NCBI GenBank assembly: GCA_964016885.1
Contig: OZ024741.1
Location: 85,870,001 to 85,934,000 of the forward strand
DNA length: 64,000 bases
DNA from: Eledone cirrhosa
Lineage: Eukaryota
Direction: 5' to 3'
Shown piece after piece: positions 12,901-26,703 of the stretch. Within the stretch, counting starts at the first letter, position 1; every line of letters starts with the position of its first letter. The notes beneath the pieces are model-generated. The model had not been told where the DNA came from. It worked only from the letters and a program-made list of their open reading frames with translations, and did no database searches. A program made the position numbers and the translations under genes.

Positions 12901-15900
12901 ATCCGGGTTCAAAGCATGTTCCCTATTATGCTTGAACCACTCAGTCAATTCCGTCTTAGGAGGTGGTGCGTTAGCAATTCTTTCGACACCCCTTCGAGTG
13001 TCCTGAAAACAGACCATTTTCCTATTCTCTAAGTGAACCGTCAGTTTCTGATCGCTTGGTTTGCGTTCATTGAGATGAAAATCGAACAATCTCCAGCAAG
13101 CTTCGCTAGATCCAATCGAGCGAACATCCTGGAACCTGCCAACTTCATCTCCTTGGTTCGCTTGCTCATTCCTGACATTGATCATTGCCCGATCATGACC
13201 TTTGTAAACATATTTGAATAGATATTTGCAAGCTTTCACTGAGCTACAAATTTCCACATTAATATGACAACGATATTTCATAATCAAATATGGATTGTAT
13301 GGCACAACCCATTGATTTGTAATCTGTCGACCGTTTACATTTTCAACCAAACCGCCATCGGCAGGCGACCGTCTTCTGTATGAGGGATGAGCATCTCCAT
13401 CGTTCCAGGAAGTGTTCGTGACAAAAGATTTCGGAAAGTGCTTACTGCATTGGCCATTTTTCATGCAAGGCGCTTTCCGATTTGCCACTCCGCATTGGTT
13501 GTGCACCATTGACTTTGCCACCAAGTTGCGTAGTGCCTCATTCTCCGGCAGTTCAGCACACACAATGCTGTCGACATCCTCAGCACATCTCAATTTGCAA
13601 TCTCTATGTAAAATGATCAACAAATGTGCATGTGGCAATCCTCATTTTTGGAATTCAATTACGTATGTAAAAGAAACTATACCTCCAAAGATTCCCGCTT
13701 TTTCCACATCATCCATTATCTTTTTCAGATATCCTTTGAATACTCTTGCCACAATATCAGGACGGTCCTTTGGCTGTTGTCCTGGCAAAAGTGCATCCTT
13801 AATATCAGTCCATTCAGGATTGCATGTAACCGTTATAAACAAATCTGGCTTTCCAAACTTTCTGACAATAGCCATTGCACCCTGATAGCAAATGTTCATA
13901 TATCTCGGGCCGCCGATGAACGACGATGGCAAAATGATGCGTCGACCAATTTGCTTGTAATTGGTATCATCGGCTGTTATCGCATCCTGTATATTATTAT
14001 ACAATTCAGCTCTGATATGTTGCTGATGTGTAACTATATAATTTAGCCTTTGATTTTCGATCTTTGCGAATGCCATACAACAGTATTCCTGGAACAATCT
14101 GCTGGCTTGAAATAGTGCATTTCTCTGTTGATTCCTCTCGTTCAATTGGAACGCGTAAAAGTCGTGAATCGAATTATTGTGTCTATTGCCACCTCCCTGT
14201 TGATGTTGATTCTCATGATCATCTAAATGAACATACATGTTCCATCCATTTTCACCTTTTGGGAATAAAAGAACATAATGCAATGGATCGAATGCCCTAT
14301 TTGACTCATTGATAGTCTTGAGACCACCATCTCTGCGATTGAGGACGATATCTCTCGATCCAAGCTTATCGTCCATCAACACAGCAACTTCACGAAATCC
14401 TTCAGGGACATTATATCGCCGTTCGTGTTGATTCCTTGGCACTGCGTCAGCTTTAATCACCAATGTTTGCTGCTGAACATTTTGCAGTTCAGCCACCAAC
14501 ATGAAATCCATAACATAAGGATTACACTGTCTAAGCCATGATTACAAATCACAGATCAAATCACTTAACCTTTGCCGTTCAAGTTCAGTTATATTTCCCG
14601 GCAACTTCATCCAACCGATCCTGATATCCTCCTCCGATTCACTATAATCTGGATCGTTAACGTAAATTTGAGCGAATCGAGGCTTCTCTCCTGCGGTTAC
14701 TTCTAAATTACCGATACAATGATACAAACCGTCTTGAATGACTACATTCGGTTGCCATGCTCCACTCTCAAACATCTCACTAACTCTCTGCGATGCTAAA
14801 GCTAATGAATTGTTAATTTGCCGCGAATATTTGCGCAGTAGTCTACCTCGGTCTCCTTCACCACCCCATATACTTCGTATTTTAAACTCCGGTGACTCCT
14901 CATCATCCGGCATTCGCAAGGGTTCTAGTTGAACTGCTCCTTCATGACAGCACATTATGGTCCACGTCTTTTCGTGCCTCCAAAGCAATGCTCCACAATG
15001 TGGACACTCTGCTCGTCCACCAATCTGAAAATGACATGGTTGCCATGATCCATTTTTAATATCATTCCTTCGCCTTCTAGCCGCTTTACTGGAATGAGGA
15101 GCACTTTGGCGACACATTCTCTGAACTTCTGTATTGCGCTGGCGCTGTTCAGCCAGCTCCTCTTCATCCATCGCAGCACGCCATTGCTGCTGAATTCTGG
15201 CCATCTGCTGATCATACTCAGCCAGTTCGTCTTCAACCATCGCAGCACGCCGTCGCTGCTTGGCTCCAGTGTTTCGTTGGCGTTGTTCAGCCAGCTTCTC
15301 TTCATTCATGGCGGCATGTCTTCGCCTCTGAAGTTTGGCGTTCCGGTGGCGCTGTTCGGCCCGTTTTTCTTCATTGCTGGCTGCACACCGTCGCCGCTGT
15401 AGTTCACTGTTTGATAAAGTCGAATTGCTTTTATTGTCAGTATTCATTTCGAGCAATTGTCAAAAAATGACACAATAATAAATATAAAAGATGTCCGGCA
15501 ATGTAAAGAAAGGTCCCTATTTACTCCCTTCACAACTCTGTGTATGTTAGACTGACAGACAGGCACACAGACAGATAAACTGTGTGGCGATTGTCGAACG
15601 CCACACACATACACGCATGGCAACGCGCACACGCACGCAAACTTACACACGCACACACTCACACATGTTGATTGTTTTTACTTTCTGTGGACGCACACAC
15701 ATAAACATACGCGCAAGTACATACACACGCACACATGTTAATAGTTATTGAACACAGCGTTCACACACTCCCCTCTCACTCCCTCATTGGCATTATGCAT
15801 ATTAATTTCAGTTTGGCGTCGTTGAGGTGGGCGGAGTCGTTTGAAACCTATGAACCAATGATAATCGAGAATTATGACACACGGAATAATGGCGTTCTTG

Positions 15901-15957
15901 AAATTAATAAATAGATAGTGTGTAACGTTTTTCGAAATATTTACTTTTGCGTTCACA
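9970..15957 (-). mobile_element. Helitron rolling-circle transposon (decayed autonomous copy)
   Basis: Minus-strand 3' end CTAG|T at 9970 with subterminal hairpin tacccgg-gcgaag-ctgggta (9980-9999); RepHel ORF remnants. Confidence 0.93.
10870..15456 (-). pseudogene. Helitron RepHel (zinc finger, HUH Rep, PIF1 helicase) with stops and a frameshift
   Basis: CPHCGALLW..CC; FITVTCNPEW; VIEFQK*GLPHAH; KYLFKYVYKG; DAPGGTGKT; IWDEAPM; LGGDFRQVLP; FSMTVNKAQGQT. Split into five ORFs. Confidence 0.95.
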
Positions 15958-16027
15958 GATTTATTATTTTAGTTTCAGGAGATCCCGTTAAGGGTGAAAG
16001 CAGCGATTCTTAAACTTTAATCTGTTA

Positions 16028-16034
<7 letters not shown>
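15958..16034 (+). repeat. Short 3'-terminal fragment of the Naiad PLE (damaged hammerhead)
   Basis: Matches 51388-51470 with a small deletion in stem III. Confidence 0.8.
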
Positions 16035-16104
<70 letters not shown>

Positions 16105-16265
16105 ATGCTTTGGGAGGGTCATGTTGCCAATAAGAAACACACGCACCAGTTGCTTTCACTTCAATTTATTATAATAAATTTATAAATTTATAAATTTAGG
16201 AATTTATAAATTATAAATTTCTGGTTGGTTGGTTGGTTCCACAACCAGATAGTTGTTTATATATT

Positions 16266-16308
16266 GTCAAAGTTCTTTCGTCACACATTCTGTGACCTCT
16301 TCAGTGAC
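16266..16308 (-). ncRNA. Minimal type I hammerhead motif in PLE-A pseudo-LTR
   Basis: GTCA-CTGAAGA-GGTCACA-GAATG-TGTGAC-GAAA-GAAC-TT-TGAC; copies at 22577-22621(+), 45726-45768(-), 45866-45908(+). Confidence 0.75.
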
Positions 16309-16497
16309 TGGGGATTCTTTTCTTTGTTTTTGTGCCTCTCCTTTGCTCTGTCCTACGCCATTTTGTTTCTGTGTGTGTGTTGTGTGCTCAGTCTGCGCCT
16401 GCGCCACATCCGGGTGTTTGTGTGTGTTTATATTCGTTTATTTACATGTTACCGGTTGGTTGTTTGTTCTATGTGCGTGTGTGTTTTCATTTTGTCC

Positions 16498-19400
16498 TTA
16501 ATTGTAAGTTGTGATGTTGCTGTTCCACTCATATTTTCTATTTAATTTTGGTTGTAATTCTTTTATGTTTATTGCTTCTGTGATTTGTCTAAACATTGCG
16601 TCTTTTCTGTGTGTAGATTCTATTTTTATTTCTATGTTCTCTAATTTACCCTTATGTTCTATTTTAGCATGTTGGTAGAGTACAGATGATTCTTTACTAT
16701 CTTGAAGGTTTCGCCAGTGTTCATTTATCCGTTCCCCTACACTACGAGCTGTTTCACCTATGTACACTATATTTTTGTCTCTACATTGTCCTTCAGTACA
16801 TCTTATGCTATACACTACATTTCTAGTTTTACAGTTAATATGGGGGCTTATTTTACAGGTTATACATTTCTTATCTATACAGGGGGGTCTTTGAAAAGGG
16901 TATGTCTTGCTAATAAGTGTTTTTACGGAGGTACCTGGTCTTTCTACTATCTTAATATTGAGTTTATGTTTATCTAGGGCCCTTCTAAATTTGTAAGCTA
17001 ATTCACCTCTAGGGGTTGTATCGATGAACTTAACACTCTGGTATTTATTGCTATCATACCATGAGTTTATTCTATTAGTCTTATTCCTAGTTCTTTCTAT
17101 TCTATTCCAAAATTTGCTCCTATACAAGGGGCAGGTCCCATTTGTGTCATTATTTATCATTTTTTCCCATTTGGTTCTGGCTCCTCTATACACTCTGATT
17201 TTATCTCTCTGATTGTAACCAGAGAACTGCATACGGTGGATGAAGTGTTGTATGTGTCTCTCTAGTTCTTCGGGGTTGCACATGCGGGACACGTTTCTCA
17301 TCACCCGTACCAAATCCGCAATCAGTATGTTGATTTTGGTATGGTCCGAAACAGCTGAGTTTCGGTGGATCAGATGTTTGGAAGTCATGGGTTTGGCATA
17401 ATGGGAATGGAGGATTTGTTTTTTGTTATTAATGGTATCTAACCAGAGCTCTGTGTCTAGTACAGGTAATCGATGGTTGGGGTGTTTACTTGGGTAGTCT
17501 ATAGTAACTCTAATACTCTGGTGGATGGAGTTAGCTATTTGCTGGATGCTTTCCATTGTGTTTTTCTCTAGTTCCTGAGTGTTCTCTAGTGGGGGTGTCT
17601 TAACTACGATGTTTATATCATCAACGTAGCGGGAGTACATTATCAGGTTTAAGGGGTCTTCTAATTGTTGTTTAAGTTTAAGTTTAAGTCTACTGTCCCA
17701 CCATACCATGAATAAGTTAGCTATGTCGCCTGCAATGCTAACACCAATGGCTGCTCCTTCCTCTTGGGCATATGTTTTTCCATTAAATTTGAACATATGT
17801 TCCTTAAGGGTTAGTTTTATGCTGGCCCCTACCGCATGTGCAATCATTTTCTTCAGTTCATCGTGGTTTTCGGGTATCCGTATGGCTCTGGTTCACCCGT
17901 TCCATATATCTGTGTGGGTTTTCTTGGCCATTGAGGTAATGGTAGGTGGTCTGCCTCTTGCTGGTCTTGTAGGGCACAAGTTGCTAAGGTCATATGTGTC
18001 TAGATAAATATTACTATAGATAAGTTTAAGTAGGAGTCCCAGCTCACTGGTATCAATCCCACGGAACTCAACATTGCTCTCACTGATCATTTCTACGCAT
18101 TTCTCCACAGCAAAATCCACGTCAATAGATGGATACAGGGACACAACATCCATACTACCTATTATGCAGTTTGTTAGGTCCCCAGATCGGTTACTCTCGC
18201 CGATTCTGCTGAGGAGGTCCTCCGTGCTGTCACATACATCTGGGGACATTTCAATGATGGAGCGTATGATCAGGGAGGGGAAGTAGGACAGTCTGTAGTT
18301 ACTAGCAATGTTAGCTCCACAGACTGGCCGTGTTGGTGGTCCCGTGACAGGGTCACTGCCCGTTTTATGGTCTTTTCGAAGCCCATACAACGCCGGCACG
18401 TCATTGTTCCAGGCCTGGAAGTTGTTGGCAGTCCTTTTGTTGGGCTGCATTAAATTTGTCCACATCACCATATGGGCATTGAGGGCTTTTTCTCTATCCT
18501 CATACTCCTGTGGTGTTACCTCTCTTGTGTTAGTGATGTGGGGTTGCATTGCCTGGATGTAGTTTGGCAGGCTGTCAACCGACATTCTGCCAGACTTGTC
18601 TGTTGGAAAGCATTCTATCTCTCCATTACGCGAGCGCTGCATGAGCTTACGCAAGCCATTTGCAGATTTTTCTCCCAGTTGCTGGGCCTCCATTCTATTA
18701 TGCTTCTTGCTATACTGTTCTATAATATTTCTAAGTTCGGATCTAGCTATACTAAATTGTGCTTCTGTTTGTTCATCGACCTGCGACGGCAATTGCGTGC
18801 GTTTGTTATATGGTAATGTCGTGGCGTGGACTCGTCGCAGGTCGAACGACTTATCGGAGGGATTATAAAAAGTAGAGTTCCAGGCTGCTGCTTTATGTGT
18901 ACTAGTGCTATTGTTATTGTTAGTTGTGTTGTTTCTATTTCTATTTCCACCAACAACCTCATGGTTGTTTCTATGTCTCTCATTATTACTCCTGTCTCTT
19001 TCCACTGGCTTATTGTTATTATCTACTCTATTTCGTGTGTCTGTGTGTTCGTCTTGGTTATTTTCTTTGTCCATAGTCTCCTTTCTCCTTTTAATCCCAT
19101 TACTTTCCCTTATTTCTGTGATTTCTGTGCTACTGTCATTACTTGTTTTCTGTGTCTGTGTGTTTGTTAAGATTGTGGTGGTGGTGAGAGGCATTGAATG
19201 TGTGTGTGTTGTTGTTGTTGATGTGTGCTGTTGTTGATGTGTGTTGTTATTGTTGTCTCCGTGTGTGTTATTATTGTTGTGTGTGTTGTTATTGTTGTTT
19301 GTGTCTGCGTGTCTGTTGTTGTTGTTTCTGAGTATGTTATTATTGTTGGTGTGTGTGTTGTTGTTATTGTTGTTTGTGTCTGTGTGTCTGTTGTTGTTGG

Positions 19401-20223
19401 GATGTGTGTTGTATATGTGTGTGCGTATGTTGTTACTTTTGTTTTTGTTTTTGTTTTTGAGGCTCCAACGTAATTTTGTAAATGATTTTTCTATTTCTGA
19501 CAGACAACTAATCATATTTACCTTCTTGAATGTCGCATATTTCCGTGGTAGAAGTAATACAGATAATTCATCAGGATCTATTGCCGTGTTGCCGTATATA
19601 TTTGTGTTGTTGTTGTTGTTGTTGAACTCGTCTGTTAATGAGGTGTCGGCCATATTTATACCGTCAATTTTGTCGTGATACCTATTGGTATTCTCTACAG
19701 TATCCTGATTTAGTTTTATCTGCTTAAGCCACTTTAGTTTCTTGTTAAAGTGCTTATCACATTCTTGAGCAATGTACTGTTCTTCAGGACGTATAAGGCT
19801 TATAAATATTAGTTTTTCTCTTGGTATGGTGATCCTAGTTATTCCTTGTATTAGGTTACGCTTATGTTTTTCTTGATGACTTAATTCTCTATAAATCTTC
19901 TTTTTTATGTTTAGAATTAGTGTTCGTTTTAGCCTATCTGCTTGCTTTTTGGTGAGTTGTAATCTTCTTACATCGGTGTTGATGGTGTTGGTGTAAACTC
20001 GGGACGAGGCACATTCTTTTATGAAGTGTAGTTGTCGAGATGTTATTGTTTTTCGTAGACAACAGAACATGGTGGTTTTCAGTATCTTGTTAGCCTGGCT
20101 AAGGCTTACGATATTTCGTTTCTGAATTTGTTTAGCAAGATTCTTTATCTGAAAACGTGTGTTGAAACTGATATTGTTATACTTAGGGAGGGTCCTGTTG
20201 CCAATAAGAAACACACGCACCAT
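16498..20223 (-). pseudogene. PLE RT-GIY-YIG polyprotein interrupted by a single in-frame TGA (17893-17895)
   Basis: ORFs 17893..20223 and 16498..17847 are in the same frame; the sequence reads ...DIWNG*TRAIRIPENHDELKKMIAHAV... Confidence 0.88.
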
Positions 20224-20290
20224 TTGCTTTCACTTCAATTTATTATAATAAATTTATAAATATAATTATAATTATAATTATAAATTTCTA

Positions 20291-22763
20291 GCAGAATGTC
20301 GGTTGACAGCCTGCCAAACTACATCCAGGCAATGCAACCCCACATCACTAACACAAGAGAGGTAACACCACAGGAGCATGAGGATAGAGAAAAAGCCCTC
20401 AATGCCCATATGGTGATGTGGACGAATTTAATGCAGCCCAACAAAAGGACTGCCAACAACTTCCAGGCCTGGAACAATGACGTGCCGGCGTTGTATGGGC
20501 TTCGAAAAGACTATAAAACGGGCAGTGACCCTGTCACGGGACCACCAACACGGCCAGTCTGTGGAGCTAACATTGCTAGTAACTACAGACTGTCCTACTT
20601 CCTCTCCCTGATCATACGCTCCATCATTGTAATGTCCCCAGATGTATGTGACAGCACGGAGGACCTCCTCAGCAGAATCGGCGAGAGTAACCGATCTAGG
20701 GACCTAACAAACTGCATAATAGGTAGTATGGATGTTGTGTCCCTGTATCCATCTATTGACGTGGATTTTGCTGTGGAGAAATGCGTAGAAATGATCAGTG
20801 AGAGCAATGTTGAGTTCCGTGGGATTGATACCAGTGAGCTGGGACTCCTACTTAAACTTATCTATAGTAATATTTATCTAGACACATATGACCTTAGCAA
20901 CTTGTGCCCTACAAGACCAGCAAGAGGCAGACCACCTACCATTACCTCAATGGCCAAGAAAACCCACACAGATATATGGAACGGGTGAACCAGAGCCATA
21001 CGGACACCCGAAAACCACGATGAACTGAAGAAAATGATTACACATGCGGTAGGGGCCAGCATAAAACTAACCCTTAAGGAACATATGTTCAAATTTAATG
21101 GAAAAACATATGCCCAAGAGGAAGGAGCAGCCATTGGTGTTAGCATTGCAGGCGACATAGCTAACCTATTCATGGTATGGTGGGACAGTAGACTTAAACT
21201 TAAACTTAAACAACAATTAGAAGACCCCTTAACCCTGATAATGTACTCCCGCTACGTTGATGATATAAACATCGTAGTTAAGACACCCCCACTAGAGAAC
21301 ACTCAGGAATTAGAGAAAAACACAATGGAAAGCATCCAGCAAATAGCTAACTCCATCCACCAGAGTATTAGAGTTACTATAGACTACCCAAGTAAACACC
21401 CCAACCATCGATTACCTGTACTAGACACAGAGCTCTGGTTAGATACCATTAATAACAAAAAACAAATCCTCCATTCCCATTATGCCAAACCCATGACTTC
21501 CAAACATCTGATCCACCGAAACTCAGCTGTTTCGGACCATACCAAAATCAACATACTGATTGCGGATTTGGTACGGGTGATGAGAAACGTGTCCCGCATG
21601 TGCAACCCCGAAGAACTAGAGAGACACATACAACACTTCATCCACCGTATGCAGTTCTCTGGTTACAATCAGAGAGATAAAATCAGAGTGTATAGAGGAG
21701 CCAGAACCAAATGGGAAAAAATGATAAATAATGACACAAATGGGACCTGCCCCTTGTATAGGAGCAAATTTTGGAATAGAATAGAAAGAACTAGGAATAA
21801 GGCTAATAGAATAAACTCATGGTATGATAGCAATAAATACCAGAGTGTTAAGTTCATCGATACAACCCCTAGAGGTGAATTAGCTTACAAATTTAGAAGG
21901 GCCCTAGATAAACATAAACTCAATATTAAGATAGTAGAAAGACCAGGTACCTCCGTAAAAACACTTATTAGCAAGACATGCCCTTTTCAAAGACCCCCCC
22001 CCCCTGTATAGATAAGAAATGTATAACCTGTAAAATAAGCCCCCATATTAACTGTAAAACTAGAAATGTAGAGTATAGCATAAGATGTACTGAAGGACAA
22101 TGTAGAGACAAAAATATAGTGTACATAGGTGAGACAGCTCGTAGTGTAGGGGAACGGATAAATGAACACTGGCGAGACCTTCAAGATAGTAAAGAATCAT
22201 CTGTACTCTACCAACATGCTAAAATAGAACATAAGGGTAAATTAGAGAACATAGAAATAAAAATAGAATCTACACACAGAAAAGACGCAATGTTTAGACA
22301 AATCACAGAAGCAATAAACATAAAAGAATTACAACCAAAATTAAATAGAAAATATGAGTGGAACAGCAACATCACAACTTACAATTAAGGACAAAATGAA
22401 AACACACACGCACATAGAACAAACAACCAACCGGTAACATGTAAATAAACGAATATAAACACACACAGACACCCGGATGTGGCGCAGGCGCAGACTGAGC
22501 ACACAACACACACACAGAAACAAAATGGCGTAGGACAGAGCAAAGGAGAGGCACAGAAACAAAGAAAGGAATCCCCAGTCACTGAAGAGGTCACAGAGTG
22601 TGTAACGAAAGAACTATGACTATATATAAACAACTATCTGGTTGTGGAACCAACCAACCAACCAGAAATTTATAAATTTGTAAATTTATAAATATATAAT
22701 AAATTGAAGTGAAAGCAACTGGTGCGTGTGTTTCTTATTGGCAACATGACCCTCCCAAAGTAT

Positions 22764-22768
<5 letters not shown>
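20291..22768 (+). mobile_element. 5'-truncated inverted copy of PLE-A (head-to-head with 16101-20290)
   Basis: Reverse complement of ~16101-18589. It carries the same TGA (20986-20988) plus a frameshift in the poly-C run at ~21984-21994, and ends in (TA)n. Confidence 0.93.
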
Positions 22769-22815
<47 letters not shown>

Positions 22816-22823
<8 letters not shown>

Positions 22824-23577
22824 TATACACACACACATGCACACACCGCGTCGTAATGACGTACAGACAGATATTATAAGGGCGCAACGTAATATCTATG
22901 TATCTATCTAAAAAGAGAAGACTAAGAGAGAGAGAGAAAGAGATCGCTAAATCGCCTAATGCGGTCCCTAGAGCATTGAAAATTTGAAATTATTTTGCTC
23001 AGAACACTCAATAGGACCATAAGTATTACATGTGTAAAGTTTGAAAACAATCGGTTGGGTGGTCCTCGAGTTTTAGTGATTGTACAGACAGACAGACAGA
23101 CAAACAGACATTCTATGTTTTAGTAATATAGATAATGCAAAATGGGAGAGATAAGATCTGGGTTTCTGAGAAAAACTGTTCTATACAATTATAATTATTA
23201 CGGCTTAAAAAGATTGCTTGTGTTAAGGCTAGGCTCAAGTGAAAAATTTCAAAATGTTGAAGAATTGGAGAAAACCTGGGATTGTAAAGGATAGAATGTG
23301 CAACAGATCTTTGAGAAACATTGTGGTATACATACTCCCACTAACGAAGTTAGTAGCCTGATTGGTTGAGAGACATGATATAATGTCACAATGTATACGA
23401 TGACTGAACAATACTTTGGATATTTTATTTCGATGTCGGACCTTTATAATTGCGAAGTATGTCTCTTAACTGTTCGACCATTCCCGTGTCCATTTCGAAA
23501 ATATGGATGATCAAAGAATACACCTTAGTCGGCCGTTTCGAAATGTTCTGCTAGGCAGATTGAATTATTATACCAGA

Positions 23578-23676
<99 letters not shown>

Positions 23677-26638
23677 ACCGCCACTAACAACACCGCTATC
23701 AACAACACCACCACCAACAACAACTCCACCATCAACAACACCACCACCATCACCACCGCCACCATCAACACCGCCACCAACAACACCACCAATAACACCA
23801 ACAACAACACTGCCCCCAACAACAACAACACCACCGACACCAACAACATTACCGCTAACACCGCCACCAACAACATCACCAACAACACCGCTACCAACAA
23901 CACCACCACCAACACCACCGACAACACCACCACCGCCAACAACAACACCGACAACACCACCACCGCCACCAGCAACACCAACACCAACGCCTCCAACAAC
24001 ACCACAACCACCGCCACCAACAACACCGCCACCGCCAACAGCGTCACCAACACTGCCACCAACAACACTACCACTACCGCCACCAACATCACCAACAACA
24101 TCACCACCAACAACACCACCAGCAACACTGCCACCAACAACACTACCACTACCGCCACCAACATCACCAACAACATCACCACCAACAACACCACCACCAA
24201 CACCGCCACCAACAACATCACCAACAACACGACCACCACCAACACCGCCACCAACAACATCACCAACAACACCACCGCCAACACCACCACCACCAACAAC
24301 ATCACCAACACCACCGCCACCAACAACATCACCAACACCACCATCACCAACAACACCACCGCCAACACCACCACCACCAACAAAATCACCAACACCACCA
24401 CCACCAACAACATCACCAACACCACCACCACCAACAACATCACCAACACCACCACCACCAACAACATCACCAACACCACCATCACCAACAACACCACCGC
24501 CAACACCACCACCACCAACAAAATCACCAACACCACCACCACCAACAACATCACCAACAACACCACCGCCAACACCACCACCACCAACAACATCACCAAC
24601 ACCACCACCACCAACACTGCCACCACCAACACTGCCACGACCAACACCGCCACCAACAACATCACCGACAACATCACCAACACCACCACCACCAACACTG
24701 CCACCAACAACACCACCACCACCAACAACATCACCAACACCACCAACAACATCACCAACACCACCACAACCAACACTGCCACGACCAACACCGCCACCAA
24801 CAACATCACCGACAACATCACCAACACCACCACCAACAACACTGCCACCAACAACATCACCAACAACACCACCACCACCAACAACAACATCACCAACACC
24901 ACCACCACCAACACTGCCACCAACAATACTACCACCACCAACAACAGCTCCACCATCATCATTACCATCATTATAACCACCTTCAGCCGTGCCCCTCCGT
25001 CCTCTTTATTGAAACCGCTCATCTCCGGTGTCATCTCATTACGACTGGAGTGTTCATAATGTCTATAGTATAATGAAGGACAATCCACCGGAAGCGGGAA
25101 TCAGTCAACCTTATTCCACAAAATAGAAGCGAACCTATAAATAAGTATACAGAGATTCTCTTTTGCTTTGTATGTACGTTTTCCATTTTTTGTTGTAATT
25201 AACACATACGCACACACATCAGTATATGTATGTGTGTATGTATGTATGTGAGTATTTATGTATGTTCTTCTGGTTTTATAATTTTTATAAATCTTTACCA
25301 ATAGAGAGAGAGTCGGTTTCTATCATAGATACAAGACTCTTTCATTGGAATTTACACAACATCAACTAGGTAGATATGTCTGCATGCATGCGTGTGTAAG
25401 TATAGACGTTATTGTATGTGTGGATGTGTATGTTTTGAGTTGTATGTGTGCATGTGCATATGCTTTGTATCTGTACATGTGTATCTGAAGTTATTAGATG
25501 CAGAATTTTTTGGAATGTTTTGCATATTTTTACTGTTCCATTAATGGATTGTACTTGTAATTTCCTAATTAGTCGTGTGTATGTATGTATGTATCAGTGG
25601 TGAAGGGTAACCTGGAAAGCAGGACATGCAGTTCAATCGCCATGGCGGAAAGTGGGGCTGTGCAGCATTACCCCCCCCCCCCTCCGTAATCCCCTCTAAA
25701 TGACCCTCCTGCTCCAAGCCGCATGTAGTGTTATCTAATGTGTGTGTGTGTTATCTTTTTATGTGTCTACGATTTAGTAAGCAGTCAAAATTCTGCTTGC
25801 CCCAAAGCTGTCGTGTGTTTGTGTGTGTGTTATCTTTTTTTGTGTCTATGCGTTTTAGTAAGCAGCCAAAATTCTACTTGCTTCAACCGACGCAATTGAT
25901 CAACTCAAGATTCTATAACGCATGCACTGCATGCGTTGTATGCACGGACCCTTCGCCCCTGGTATGTATGTATGTATGTATGTATGTATGTATGTATGTA
26001 TGTATGTATGTATGTTATGTTATGTCAGGTCACCAGTTGGTGCTACTGGTAACATGTATCCCAGTACAACCTGTCTCATGGTCGGGTCGTTGGCGACTAA
26101 ACTGGCAACCCCACCAAGGTTTCTTGGTGAGGAGGGTGACATTGGACATCCTGCAGGACTAAAAACAAAACCTGTCAAAGGGCAAAGGAGCTCTTAAGAG
26201 TCAATGGCCATCCAAAATCACCGGGAGAGATGACCCCTTAGCCTTTGCCAAGGCAGAATTCTAGGAGAAGGAAAACTCTGATATATCACCTGCAACCCTG
26301 ATGGTATCCAATGATGTTGACTTGTTCTTCTTTTTGGTAAATATCATCTTGGTTAAGAGAGTGGGACTGGCTTTGTGCAGTACTTTTGCTCACTATAAAA
26401 GCTTCACGGCACAGGCATTGCTTTATATCTGGAGATCTCTCTGCACTTGTTGTCACATGGTACCATGGGCCCAGCACTATGTGTCAATAATTGTCACAAG
26501 TGTAGTGTTTGAACCAGAGTTTTCAAGTCGCTGGCTGGACTAAAAAGTCACACTCGTTCAGCGCATCGGTAGGGGTTCTCCTACATGGATATAAAGTAGT
26601 GGCCGTACTCGAAAACGAGTTGGCAGCCACCATGTATG

Positions 26639-26703
<65 letters not shown>

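Larger units (their letters stand above)
16101..20290 (-). mobile_element. Near full-length Penelope-like element (PLE-A)
   Basis: RT (GSMDVVSLYPSID; QEEGAAIGVSIAGDIANLFM; SRYVDD) plus C-terminal GIY-YIG (NVVYSIRC...YIGETARS..ERINEH). The 3' end in (TA)n repeats the ORF start, as expected for a pseudo-LTR tail. Confidence 0.93.

Noticed and set aside
23503-25088. 465-518 aa mucin/extensin-like ORFs (also 7978-8814)
   Set aside because: Stop-free trinucleotide repeat open in several frames on both strands; the two arm copies are not conserved.
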